Of a stretch of 64,000 nucleotides of DNA, positions 1-11,677 are shown in pieces; position 1 is the stretch's first letter; every line of letters starts with the position of its first letter. The DNA is from Octopus sinensis. Its lineage: Eukaryota. The stretch covers positions 35,836,001 through 35,900,000 of the forward strand of contig NC_043010.1 of assembly GCF_006345805.1 (NCBI RefSeq), in the 5' to 3' direction. The translations under genes were made by a program, and so were the position numbers. The notes below the pieces were generated by a model. It had not been told where the DNA came from and ran no database searches. It saw only the letters and a list, made by a program, of their open reading frames with translations.

Positions 1-79
1 GGCAGGGCAATCCTCACAATAGATTCTGCTGATAGCCAGATCCGCCCTACGCGCAACAGCAGGTGTTCGGCATATATCT

Positions 80-294
80 TTTCTATTATAGGTACAAAGC
101 TTGAAATTTTGGTGGGGAGAGGTTCCAGTCGATTAGATTGATCCCAGTGTTTCACTGGTACTTAATTTATCGACCCCGAAAGGATAAAAGGCAAAGTCGA
201 CCTCGGCGGAATTTGAACTGAGAACATAGCACCGGGCGAAATGCTGCTAAGCATTTCGTCTGGCGTGCAAACGATTCTGCCAGATCACTGCCTT
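80..294 (-). mobile_element. SINE family A (tRNA-like head). Other copies: 4325-4440, 8040-8270, 12354-12551, 25168-25396, 39770-39920, 49815-49920, 61665-61895 (all -)
   Basis: The head GGCGAGCTGGCAGAAACGTTAGC...GAGTTCAAATTCC has A- and B-box-like motifs. The body gtcgactttgcctttcatcctttcggggtcgat is shared. Two alternative tails (A1 ...gtaaagaaatag; A2 ...cttgtgcctagagtagaaaag). Confidence 0.85.
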
Positions 295-396
295 AACAAA
301 AACAACAACAACAACAACAACAACAATGATAATAAATTCTTTTAATAATAGTAATAATAATTAATTCCCTTCTTTTTATAGGTGCACGCTCAGAAT

Positions 397-446
<50 letters not shown>

Positions 447-492
447 TAATAATAATAATAATAATAATAATGATAATAATAATAATAATAAA

Positions 493-1764
493 ATTTCTGA
501 CAACAGAAAATGATGACCGTCAAAACAAAGGGCCGGACGTTGTTCCTCCTGTCCCGCAAATAAAACCAAAAAGGCATAAATGGACACGTGAGGAATATAT
601 TTCAATCCTACACGCTTACTTTACAGCAGTGCTCTACCCAAAGAACGAAAACACAATAACATATACATATAAAATATGGAAGAAAAATAACATAAATAAA
701 GACTTGGATACAGCAATGAACCCTAATAAACTAGCTAACATACGAAGATATATTCTCAACGCAAAAAAAATCACAAATAGAAATAGAACATTTAAAAGAA
801 AATATACATCAGGAAAATGTAGATAGAAGCCACACAACAATGCCAAATAATATAAACACTGAGATAGTAAAACACGAAGACAAACGTAACATTTCCAACA
901 AAAACGAAGTAAACAAAAACCAACAAACCCAGACCATACGTAAAGCAGCAAACCAAAACACGACGGACAAACACACGCATGAGAAAGAAAGCGACACAAA
1001 TCTAAAACCTGGAAACAACGAATGATTATGATACTATAAGAAGTAGAATAATCAAAGAACTGAAAACCACCGACCACACCTCCCAAAAATCAAAATAGAC
1101 AAAAAAACAACATCAATAATAAATAACATAAACCTAGCCGTCACGGAACTAATAGCCACTGAAACAAATAGCAATATCACTGAGCTAAATGACATAGTAT
1201 ATGCAGCAGCCACTGCAGCCACAAAAGAAGCTTGATACTCACTCAAACCCATCCAAACAGAAGTAACACCACCCAAACAAACCCTGTGGATAAATAACAA
1301 AAAAAATTTAAAAAATGAGAAAAAATCTGTCGATTCTTAACGAAATTAGTAGACAATCAACGCTACTAAGCAACAAAAAGAAAACAAAAATACTGTGCAA
1401 ATACAACATCACAGAAAAAGATTTACCTGAGATAAAAGAAAAGCTAAAGCAAGATATCCTTGCTAAAGCACAAAGGATCCGCCGGTATGAGAAACTCCAG
1501 CGTTTCTTTAAACAGAACAAACAGTTCAACTCCAACCCCAAAAAGTTCTGATGAAAAAATATTCAGACAAATACATAACAAAAACACCAAGACTTACAAA
1601 CACATAACATACAGAAAATTGCACTACTAGGCACTGCCCACATCCTACGCAAAAGACTTTCAATACAGTAACCATCAGAATATCACAACAAAACACAGCA
1701 CATACCCAAGGCACACAGTGCTGCGCTCGGTGGTGAAGTGAAAGCACGATATAAAAAAAACCCA

Positions 1765-1767
<3 letters not shown>
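493..1767 (+). mobile_element. R4/Dong-clade non-LTR retrotransposon relic, 5'-truncated and internally deleted (RT and most of RLE missing)
   Basis: Frameshifted peptides KRHKWTREEY..., RPHLPKIK...ITELNDIVYAAA and LKQDILAKAQRIRRYEKLQRFFKQNKQF (N-terminal region) join at about 1550 to the C-terminus QKIALLGTAHILRK..SIQ*, then a 3' UTR. (AAT)n lies on both sides. Confidence 0.8.
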
Positions 1768-1811
<44 letters not shown>

Positions 1812-1831
1812 TGATGATGATGATGATGATG

Positions 1832-1864
<33 letters not shown>

Positions 1865-1879
1865 TAATAATAATAATAA

Positions 1880-2325
1880 CTACCCTGATGCAGTACCAGA
1901 CAGTGGCTCTCATGGCTTCTGATCTTAACTGATTGGTAGTGTTATCATGTACATTGTTTTGTCTTGGTATAAAAGATGGGCTACAACAAATATTCTGCTC
2001 AATACAACAGATTTGCTTGTCAGTTGTTTGACCATAACCTGTTGACCTCCATAGTGGCTGATATGTGCATCTCTGATCACAAGCAGAAGTAGTGGGGGAG
2101 CATCATAGCCGTGTGTTGAAAAGAATTCTTGGAGGTTTGGATAATTCACCTTTGGAAACAAGGGTGGTTCGTTCAACATCCTAAAACAATCCTTATTCAG
2201 GGACCTTTTGAGCGGGATGGGCTACTCGACCAGAAGAGAATTATAACTGGGCTCCACCTGCAAGGTTATGTGCTATTTATCTTGATATGAGATCACCATT
2301 TCGCGCACATATGGTTGTGATGCAT
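1880..2325 (-). mobile_element. Probable retroposon 3' end with (ATT)n tail, tail-to-tail with the R4/Dong relic
   Basis: Complex non-coding sequence ending ...ggtactgcatcaggg then (att)n on the minus strand. Family not identified. Confidence 0.35.
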
Positions 2326-2329
2326 TTAA

Positions 2330-3915
2330 AGCTCGTTTTCCTTACATTCTGCTCAATACAACAGATTTGAATTTCAGATTTGTATTCCTTACTTTTGTCC
2401 ATTAAATTTCAGATTTGTGTTCCTAATTTTTGTCCATTGAATTTCGTGTTTGTGTTCCTTACTTTTATGCATTGAATTTAGATTTGTGTTACTTAGATTT
2501 GCCCATTTTAGATATGTGTTCCTTACTTTTGTTCATTGAATTTAAAGTTCGTGTTCCTTAATTTTGTCCATTGCATTTGAGATTTGTGTTCTTTACTTTT
2601 GTCCAGTGAATTTCAGATTTGTATTCCTTACTTTTGTCCATTAAATTTCAGATTTGTGTTCCATATTTTTGTCCATTGAATTTCATGTTCATGTTCCTTA
2701 CTTTTACCCATTGAATTTGGGATTTGTGTTCTTTGGATTTGTCCATTTGAGATTTGCATTCCTTAGATTTATCCATTTCAGATTTGAGTTCTTTAGTTTT
2801 GTCCATTGAATTTGAAGTTCGTGTTCCTTACTTTTGTCCATTGAAATCGGATTTGTGTTTCTTAAATTTGTGTATTGAATTTCAGGTTTGTGTTCCTCAC
2901 TTTTGTCCATTGAATTTCAGATTTGGTTTCCTGACTTTTGTCCTTTGAATTTCAGGTGTGCGTTCATTACTTTTGTCCATTGAATTTCAGATATGTGTTC
3001 TTTAGTTTTCTCCATTGAATTTCAGATTTGTGTTCCTTACTTTTGTCCATTGAATTTCAGATTTGCGTTCCTTTTGTCCATTGAATTTCAGATATGTGTT
3101 CCTTTTTTTTATCCATTGAGTTTCAGATTTGTGATCCTTACTTTTGTTCATTAAATTTCAGATTTGTGTTCCTTATTTTTGTCCATTGAATTTCAGATAT
3201 GTGTTCCTTACTTTTGCCCATTGAATTTGAGATTTGTGTTCCTTGGATTTGTCCATTTGAGATTTGTGCTCCTTAGTTTTGTCCAATGAATTTAAAGTTT
3301 GTGTTCCTTACTTCTGTCCATTAAATTTCAGATTTGTGTTCCTTATTTTTGTACATTGAATTTTAGATATGTGTTCCTTACTTTTGTCCATTGAATTTCA
3401 GACTTATGTTTCTTAGCTTTGTCCACTGAATTTCTGATTTGTGTTCCTTACTTTTGTCCATTGAATTTCAGATTTATGTTCCTTAGTTTTGTCCATTGAA
3501 TTTCAGATTTGTGTTCCTTACTTTTGTCCATTGAAATTCATATTTATGTTCCTTAGTTTTGTCCATTGAATTTCAGATTTGTGTTTCTTGCTTTTGTCCA
3601 TTGAATTTGAGAAATTTTGATCCTTAGATTTGTCCATTTGAGATTTGTATTCCTTACTTCCATTTTCATTTCAGATTTATGTATCTTAGGTTTGCCGATT
3701 TGAGATTTGTGTTCCTTTGAATTTGAATTTGTGTTCCATTGAAGTTAAAGTTCGTATTCCTTACTTTTGTCCATTAAATTTCAGATTTGTGTTCTTTACT
3801 TTTGTCCATTGAATTTCAGATTTGTGTTCCTTACTTTTGTGCATTGAATTTTAGATTTGTGTTCCTTACTTTTCTCCATTGAATTTTAGATTTGTGTTCC
3901 TTACTTTTGTCCATA
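2330..3915. repeat. Minisatellite, 35-bp unit ATTGAATTTCAGATTTGTGTTCCTTACTTTTGTCC, with 28-bp variants (~45 units)
   Basis: A period of 35 is directly visible (gtcc at 3421, 3456, 3491). Confidence 0.95.
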
Positions 3916-4018
3916 ACAATGGTCATAATAGCTCTCGAACTGGTGTCTTCCCGTTCTGGCAGAAACGTGAGAACCTCAGAAAAAATGTTTTGTGGTAACC
4001 TTCACATTCTGACTTCAA

Positions 4019-4106
4019 ATTCCTTCGAGGTTGACTTTGCCTTTATTTGTCAGGCACTAGGATCCTAGTGTCTGACAAATAAAGGCGAAGTCAACCTCGA
4101 AGGAAT
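4019..4106. repeat. 88-bp spacer-less palindrome partly derived from SINE-A
   Basis: Centred on CTAGGATCCTAG, with only two mismatches, both G-T. Confidence 0.9.
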
Positions 4107-5164
4107 GGTTTCGACCTGTCGTCTCCCTTCAAAACTCCTGAAACTGACAAAAGAAATATTTACTGACTTATTATCAACTGAAAGTATTTCGTAATTATTT
4201 ATTTCCCAATAATCTCCCTTGCATTTGGAATACAAGGGAAATAACTGTAGATTAATTCTGGTTTATATATATTTTTATCTCGCGAATTATCTTTTATCTT
4301 TATTTCTTTCTATCATTATATTTTTCATGTTCTAGGCACAAGACCCGAAATTTTGGGGGAGGAGTCCAGTCGATTACATCGACCCCAGTATGTAACTGAT
4401 ACTTAATTTATCGATCCTGAAAGGATTAAAGGCAAAGGGGAATTCCAATAAATTAAGAATTTATTAAGTATGATATCTAGTACAATACCCTTTAACTAAA
4501 TTATCCAAATTCAAATTATTGTCCCCTCCCCGCCCTCTGTGGTAGCCACCCTAGCTTTTTTTATTTGTAATTATGCAAAATAATCTTGACCAAAAACATA
4601 CTTCTATGTGTTAAAAAGCTATCCAGTGATCTTCTGCTTTGATTTCAAGAAAATCAATAGCGCACTCTATACATTTATAAATTTTAACATGATATCGAAG
4701 AAGATCGATTTCCGTAATGACTGTAAAACAACGTCCATAACGATTTCTGTGGAATTGCATCGTCTCTTTGCAGCGTGGTGTGGAAGCGACATCAGATTCA
4801 CTGTCATGATGTAATTGTGGCTTTGTAAATGGCGCCCCTCACTTCGCAAAATATGTTCAGGAATGGATTTTTTAAAACGGCTGTAGCTTGCTTACGAACC
4901 ACATGGTTCCGGGTTCAGTCCCAATGCGTGTCACCTTGGGCAAGTGTCTTCTACTATAGCCTCGGGCCGACTAAAGCCTTGTGAGTGGATTTGGTAGACG
5001 GAAACTGAAAGAAGCCCGTCGTATATATGTATATATATATGTGTGTGTGTGTATATATATGTTTGTGTGTCTGTGTTTGACCCCCACCACCACCACCACC
5101 AACATCGCTTGACAACCGAATTTCTCTCTCTTTCTCTCACTCTCTGTCTCTCTCTCTATATATA

Positions 5165-5195
<31 letters not shown>

Positions 5196-6042
5196 ATGTA
5201 TGTATGTGTGTGAGTGTGTGTGTGTATGCTTGTGTGTCTGTGTTTGTTTCCCCCCAACATCGCTTGGCGACCGATGCTGGTGTGTTTACGTTCCCCTAAC
5301 TTAGCTGTTCGGCAAAAGAGACTGATAGAATAAGTACTAGGCTTACAAAGAATAAGTCTTGGGGTTGATTTGCTCGACTAAAGGCAGTGTCCCAACATGG
5401 TCACAGTCACATGACTGAAACAAGTAAAAGAGTAAAGAGAGTAAAAGAGTAATTGCCTCTCCTGAGGGTCTCAGATCTACAAACTGATACGACACAGAAA
5501 CGTTACTCAGACATTCAATAGCTCACTGGTAAGGGTAGTAACTCTGTAAACCAGTCATGGTCACAGTTGTGAGCGGGGAAGTTGTGACAACTTTAACTAG
5601 ATGGCGCTACAGTTACTTAGTCACAGTGGGCTATCAAAGAGATAACCGGGGCTATAGGAAATAGCATTGTAATAGTATAGCATTAAATAGCATTAAATAT
5701 AATAATATAATAGTATATTAGAATAGCGTATTAATTTATGTAAAGAAATCTCAATAAATGTGATGAAAGTTAAATTTATTTTTACAAAGAATTACATTCC
5801 CATATTTTAAATCAAGTTAACCATCTCAGTATTGGTTTGCATTATGTGACTCCTGTACAATTGAACTTTGTTTTGAATTGTCCATTTTTTTTTCCAATGC
5901 AATTTGAATCAATACGAAAATTATTTTTATCATTGTGCTTTATTTATAATTATTTTTTTTATTTGTGGGTTTATTCTTCTACAACTTTTGTTTACCGTTT
6001 TTGAAATTTTAATAAATTTTACCTCTTTTTAGACATAGGACG

Positions 6043-6205
6043 ATGGAGTGCCGAGTAGAAGAAAAAACGTGGGCACTTCGACACACATATATTTCTCTTC
6101 TCTGTCAGTGAAAGTTCCAAAGCTGCCAAATATGCTCAAGATGTTTGTGCTGTGTACGGAGAAAGCGCTATTGCTAAAAGAACTGCACAGGAATGATTTT
6201 TCACG
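6043..6205 (+). mobile_element. mariner transposase N-terminal HTH fragment (pseudogene)
   Basis: After a frameshift it reads HIFLFSVSESSKAAKYAQDVCAVYGESAIAKRTAQE*F, like the mariner HILLF..GKNA.QA..ICAVYGE..ERT.Q.WF motif. Confidence 0.7.
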
Positions 6206-6411
6206 CTGCTCATCCACTTGATACAAAAAAAGGGACAACAAAACATCCAGATAGACGATACAAAGAAAACAAGGACGGGTCATTCGGAGTTTTTTCCTCA
6301 GTCGAGTTCCAGATTATCTTTGCAGTTTCGGCTGGTTATACTCGAGATTGCTCCAATCTGGCCAGCCCCAAGGAAAGCTAGGCTATATATGTATGTATGT
6401 ATATATATATA

Positions 6412-6487
<76 letters not shown>

Positions 6488-6689
6488 GTATATATACGTA
6501 TGTGTAAATAGATATATATAAATGTATATTTATTTGTATATAAGTTTATATGTATAATTACATGTATGTATGTATATATATGTACATACATGTGTGTGTG
6601 TATGTATGATTGTATGCATGTATGTATGTATGTATGTATGTATGTATGTATGTATGTATGCACGTACGCATAATGCGTGCACGCGTGTA

Positions 6690-6960
6690 AAATATTTAAT
6701 GTCTGCGTGTTGTTGAAAATGCAGAAGCTGCATTTTTCGTCTGGGAAAAATCCCTGTATATGAAATGCACATTTGCCGCTATCGAGGTCGAGTTCCCTTC
6801 AGGAGGCGATTTCGTTTTGGCTGGCTCTGAAGTATAAGGATTTCTTTTGTTATTTTTTGTAGCGCGATACCTCCAAAAAAGGGATTTTCCCTCACGAAAA
6901 ATGCAACATTTAGTTTTTCAACGATACATATACGTTGAGTATGCCATATACATAAAGATT
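6690..6960. mobile_element. Old TIR/MITE-like repeat, with a partial second copy at about 8380-8530
   Basis: tgttgaaaatgcagaagctgcatttttcgtctgggaaaaatccct is imperfectly inverted at about 6878-6925. ttttcaacgatac..atacgttga.tatg.cata is shared with 8480-8520. Confidence 0.45.
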
Positions 6961-8586
6961 TTATTATAGAGTTACTTCTAATGCATTATTCGAATTTTAT
7001 ATTAACCATTGCAGGCCAGTGTATTGTTTATACACCTATTAATTGCTAGCAAGGACACAATGTTTCATTCCGCAATCATAATATACTGCCAAGTATATTA
7101 AAATTGTACAAGGGTATATTGTTCCTTATTCCTGTGTTAGCAGTGCGATGTTCTCATTTTCAAGTTTATCGCTACGAATTTTTTATTGAGTTCAGAGCCA
7201 CCACGAAAAGATACTACGTTCCGTATACGAATACGTCTATGTAAATAATGCGATCGAAGAGAGAAAAAATAGGTAATGTGTGTATCTCTTTTACTTCCTC
7301 TTTTACTTGTTTCAGTCATTTGACTGCGGCCATGCTGGAGCACCGCCTTTAGTCGAGAAAATCGATCCAATGACTTATTCTTTGGATGCCCAGTTCTTAT
7401 TTTATCGGTCCTTTTTGCCGAACCGCTAAGTTACGGGGACGTAAACACACCACCATCGGTTGTCAAGCGATGTTGTGGGACAAACACAGACATACAAACA
7501 TACACACACACGCACACACACAACACACACACACCACACACACACACACACACACACGCACACACATATATATATATATATACATACATATATACGACAT
7601 ACTTCTTTAAGTTTCCGTCTACCAAATCCACTCACAAGGCTTTGGTCGGCCTGAGGCTATAGTAGAAGACACCTGCCCAAGTTGCCACGCAGTGGGAATG
7701 AACCAGGAACTACGTGGTTGGTAAGCAAGCTACTTACCACCAGCACCACATCTAACCCATCAGCTACCCATAAACGCATTGCTTAAATACCGACTAAGAT
7801 TAGTGGTATAACACTATCGGATAGACCAATTTACACAATACGATCCCCAGTACGCAACTGGTACATACATATTTATATATTGAAAATATTACTGGCAACT
7901 GGTATGTAAATATAATACGTAATATACTTGGTAGTATATAATGGTTGTAAGACAAAATACTGGGTGTTTGCTAGCAATTAATATTTAAAATATCCGTAGA
8001 GATAAACATTAAAATGTTTATACACTGTCCACATATACTATTTCTTCATTGCCTACAAGGGGCTAAACATAGAGGGGACAAACAAGGACAGACAAAGGGA
8101 TTAAGTCGATTACATCGACCCCAGTGCGAAAATGGTACTTTATTTATCGACCCCGAAAGGATGAAAGGCAAAGCCGACCTCGGCGGAATTTGAACTCAGA
8201 ACGTAACGACAGACGAAATACCGCTAAGCATTTCGCCCGGCGCGCTAACGTTTCTCCCAGCTCGCCGCCACACGTCAGGCTGACTGATCCAACCTCGTTC
8301 CTGAAGCGACACGAGTACGTGACAATGACAAGCGACAAAAAAAGCGAAATGTGGATTTGTCGCCCTTCTGGTCACTTTCACAGCGATATCGTTTCGCCTA
8401 ATTCTGAAGTATATTATGCGTTTGTTTTAATGCAATGCGTCTACAAATGGATTTTTCCAGGACGAAGAATGTGGCTTCTGGTTTTCAACGATACACATAC
8501 GTTGAATATGTCATACAGATAAAAATTTTAATCAAGAGCTGCTTCTCTTGCATAATTCGAAGACAAACATACACACACAGATGGGG

Positions 8587-9932
8587 AATTTTCGACGTAG
8601 AATTTCTTAACACTTAAACCTTTTAAAAATTTAATGACGTAAAATTTTAACTTTAATCTTTTAAATTTTTCTAATATAAATATTCCACTCCGAACTTTGA
8701 AAACGTCTTCAGCCTTTTACTTATAGTATAGCATTTTTCAACGGTTAATAATCTTTGAACGAATCTAACAGGCGAGATATCTCTGAGAGAGAGAGAGAGA
8801 GGGAGAGAGAGAGAGATAGAGAGAGAGAGGGAGAGAGAGAGAGAGAAAGAGAGCGAGAGAGAGAGCAGGGGTGGGGTATGTGAATGAAATGTCAATTTTC
8901 TTATTTTCTGTTTTGTTATTTTTTCTTTTATTTAGCCAATATACATTTCTTAGATTTCTGTACACACACAAACACACACACAAAAATATCGTGTTTTATC
9001 TCTGACTAACTCAATAATTTATATATTTTCAGACTCATTCTCTCCCTTTCTCTTCTTTCCCTCCCCCTTTCTCACCTCTGCGTCTAGTCTCCATTTTGAA
9101 TCGTTTCTACCCCCCCCAGCGCCACCGCCATCACCACCACCACTACTTACCGCTTATCATATGAATTCTGCATCCTCTGCCTCTCCCCGTCCATCGTGAC
9201 ATTTCCGTGCATCTCACAGGTTAAGCACATACATTAAGAAATTACTAGAAATATTATTAGTTGGATAAGAAGTCGGTTGAAGATGAAGAGATATCTCGCC
9301 TGTTAGATTCGTTCAAAGATTATTAACCGTTGAAAAATGCTATACTATAAGTAAAAGGCTGAAGACGTTTTTAAAGTTCGGAGTAGAATATTTATATTAG
9401 AAAAATTAAAAGATTAAAGTTTAGACGTTAAAATTTTACGTCATTAAATTTTTAAAAGGTTTAGTGGGATCTTTTCGGTTTGAACGGCAGTTTTAACATA
9501 ATTTCTAGGTAACTAAAAAATTTTAAACTTCGTTTACTGGTAGAATGTGTTTATAAAACATCTTTTTCTCTTGGCTTTATTGAGAAAATTCTATAGTTTG
9601 TAAGATATTTGTTTTTTTTTTTTCTTCAATTTCTGCAATTTCAACCAATCAGTGACGTCTATTGAGGTAAAAAAAAACATTCTGTGCCATATGAATATGT
9701 CCCTCGTTTAAGAAACAGATTGGGTTTATTTACATTTGTGAAGAAAAAAAGATACCCTTCCCCCCACCCCTAATCCTAACCCTAACCCTAATCCTAAAAC
9801 AGATTGAAATGCAATAGATCGATACTAGGGTCATAATTATGGGTGACAATTTCATATGACACCGCTAGAAAAAACTGCCGTTCAAACCGAAAAGATCTGT
9901 TTAGTGTTAAGAAGTTCTACGTCGAAAATTTA
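8587..9932. mobile_element. Fold-back element or inverted pair with ~200-bp arms; right arm interrupted by the 9467 MITE
   Basis: 8587-8784 is the reverse complement of about 9287-9466 plus 9907-9932, with few mismatches. Confidence 0.8.
9467..9898. mobile_element. MITE with ~28-bp TIRs and 8-bp TSD (hAT-like)
   Basis: TIRs ggatcttttcggtttgaacggcagtttt and aaaactgccgttcaaaccgaaaagatct. TSD GTTTAGTG at 9459-9466 and 9899-9906. Internal (CCCTAA)-like repeats at about 9768-9797. Confidence 0.85.
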
Positions 9933-10142
9933 AAAATATAAACTGAAAGCATTTAAAGCTGGTATCTTTAAAGTTGAAAATTACGCTAAAAGTTTACAGC
10001 AGAGACAATTGTTATCAATCCAGACAAGTGGAGTATTGAAGGGATGAAGCTGAAAATGCACAGAGAATAGATTAGTACTAATTGGAATTTAATTACATTT
10101 TAAAATATAGGAATATACTTGACTGTAGTTTCACATTAGAAT

Positions 10143-10562
10143 ACGTACGATAAACGTCGCCCCTTTTCAAGCCTAGCCAAGTTCATGGGCCCGGTTCCCC
10201 GGTTTCTGTGGCGTGTGCGTTTCCCAGCTGGACGGGACTCCAGTCCATCGCAGCGTTACTCATTTTTATCAGCTGAGTGAACTGGAGCAACGTGAAATGA
10301 AGTGTTTTGCTCAAGAACACAACGCGTCGCCCGGTCCAGGAATCGAAACCACAATCTTACGATCATGATGCTGACACCCTAACCACTAACCAAAAGTGTA
10401 AAGTATATGGAGTTGTGTTGCAAATTATGTCTATTCTGGCCGCTGTTATACATTAAAAAAAATGTTTTTAAAGTAGGAACGCGGCTGATTTTTTATTATT
10501 CTGTAGAAGAATAATGTTATCAATTGGTGTTGGTCACTAACCACTAAGCCACGCGCTTCCAC
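10143..10562 (-). mobile_element. SINE family C' (C head and centre, different 3' part), 12-bp TSD tcacattagaat. Other copies: 32375-32572, 51553-51800 (-)
   Basis: Same head and centre as C up to gcaaaaatgagta, then gcgatggactgg..cccgtccag...gaaaccgggaaaccgggccc. TSD at 10131-10142 and 10563-10574. Confidence 0.85.
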
Positions 10563-11023
10563 TCACATTAGAATGCCAAAAGTATAAAGTATATGGAGTT
10601 GTGTTGCAAATTATGTTTATTCTGGCCGCTGTTATATAAAAAAAATGTTTTTAAAGTAGGAACGCGGATCATTTTTTATTATTCTGTAGAAGAATAATGT
10701 TATCAATTAGTGTTGGTCACTCCCATCGTACATGTTAAAAAATATTTCTTCTTTGTTAACAAGGCGTGGGATATGTAAGATTACGAGGTGTGGAGTAATA
10801 AATGATAAATGATAGCTGCTGCATGAATTTTGGTTCTTTTAAGTATGAGCAGAAGTAGATATTCTACAATAATTAATTGATAGGGAAGACGAATCGTGTA
10901 TTACTGATGTTTTTTTTTAATGGCCTGCTCAACAGTGGATTGTATTTTTTATCGAATGAACTTTCCTTATTAATTCATACAATACACACATACATGTATA
11001 CATAAATACATACATACATATAC

Positions 11024-11024
<1 letters not shown>

Positions 11025-11088
<64 letters not shown>

Positions 11089-11089
11089 C

Positions 11090-11128
<39 letters not shown>

Positions 11129-11145
11129 CCTATCTATCTATCTAC

Positions 11146-11228
<83 letters not shown>

Positions 11229-11245
11229 CCTATCTATCTATCTAC

Positions 11246-11283
<38 letters not shown>

Positions 11284-11290
11284 CTATCTA

Positions 11291-11348
<58 letters not shown>
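11025..11348. repeat. (TATC)n/(GATA)n array. Others at about 17185-17260, 19625-19685, 27498-27570, 36640-36810, 37360-37510
   Basis: Directly visible tetranucleotide repeats. Confidence 0.98.
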
Positions 11349-11349
<1 letters not shown>

Positions 11350-11378
11350 ACTGCATATGTGTTGTGTGTGTGTGTGTG

Positions 11379-11414
<36 letters not shown>

Positions 11415-11639
11415 ATGTATATACAAAGTGCCACGCAATGAGACTGAACCTGAAACCATGTGGTTGCGAAGCAAACTTGTTACCACACAGCCGCTTCTGC
11501 GTCTCATGCACACGTCCTTTAGAGGCGGAGAAATTTTTATAAATCAAGAATTTTTATGGTATGATATTTGACATACTGGTACATGCCACTGGCCACTTCG
11601 AGTTGTTTTTCTTAGTTCATTTTTATTTAAATTATGTAT

Positions 11640-11674
<35 letters not shown>

Positions 11675-11677
<3 letters not shown>

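Noticed and set aside
2704-2948. ORFs within the 35-bp array as a repetitive protein
   Set aside because: The period is not divisible by 3, and stops recur in all frames.
4590-4840. ~75-codon open minus-strand frame (…RNRYGRCFTVITEIDLLRYHVK…) as an exon
   Set aside because: No recognisable domain or clear splice signals, and a frame of this length can arise by chance.
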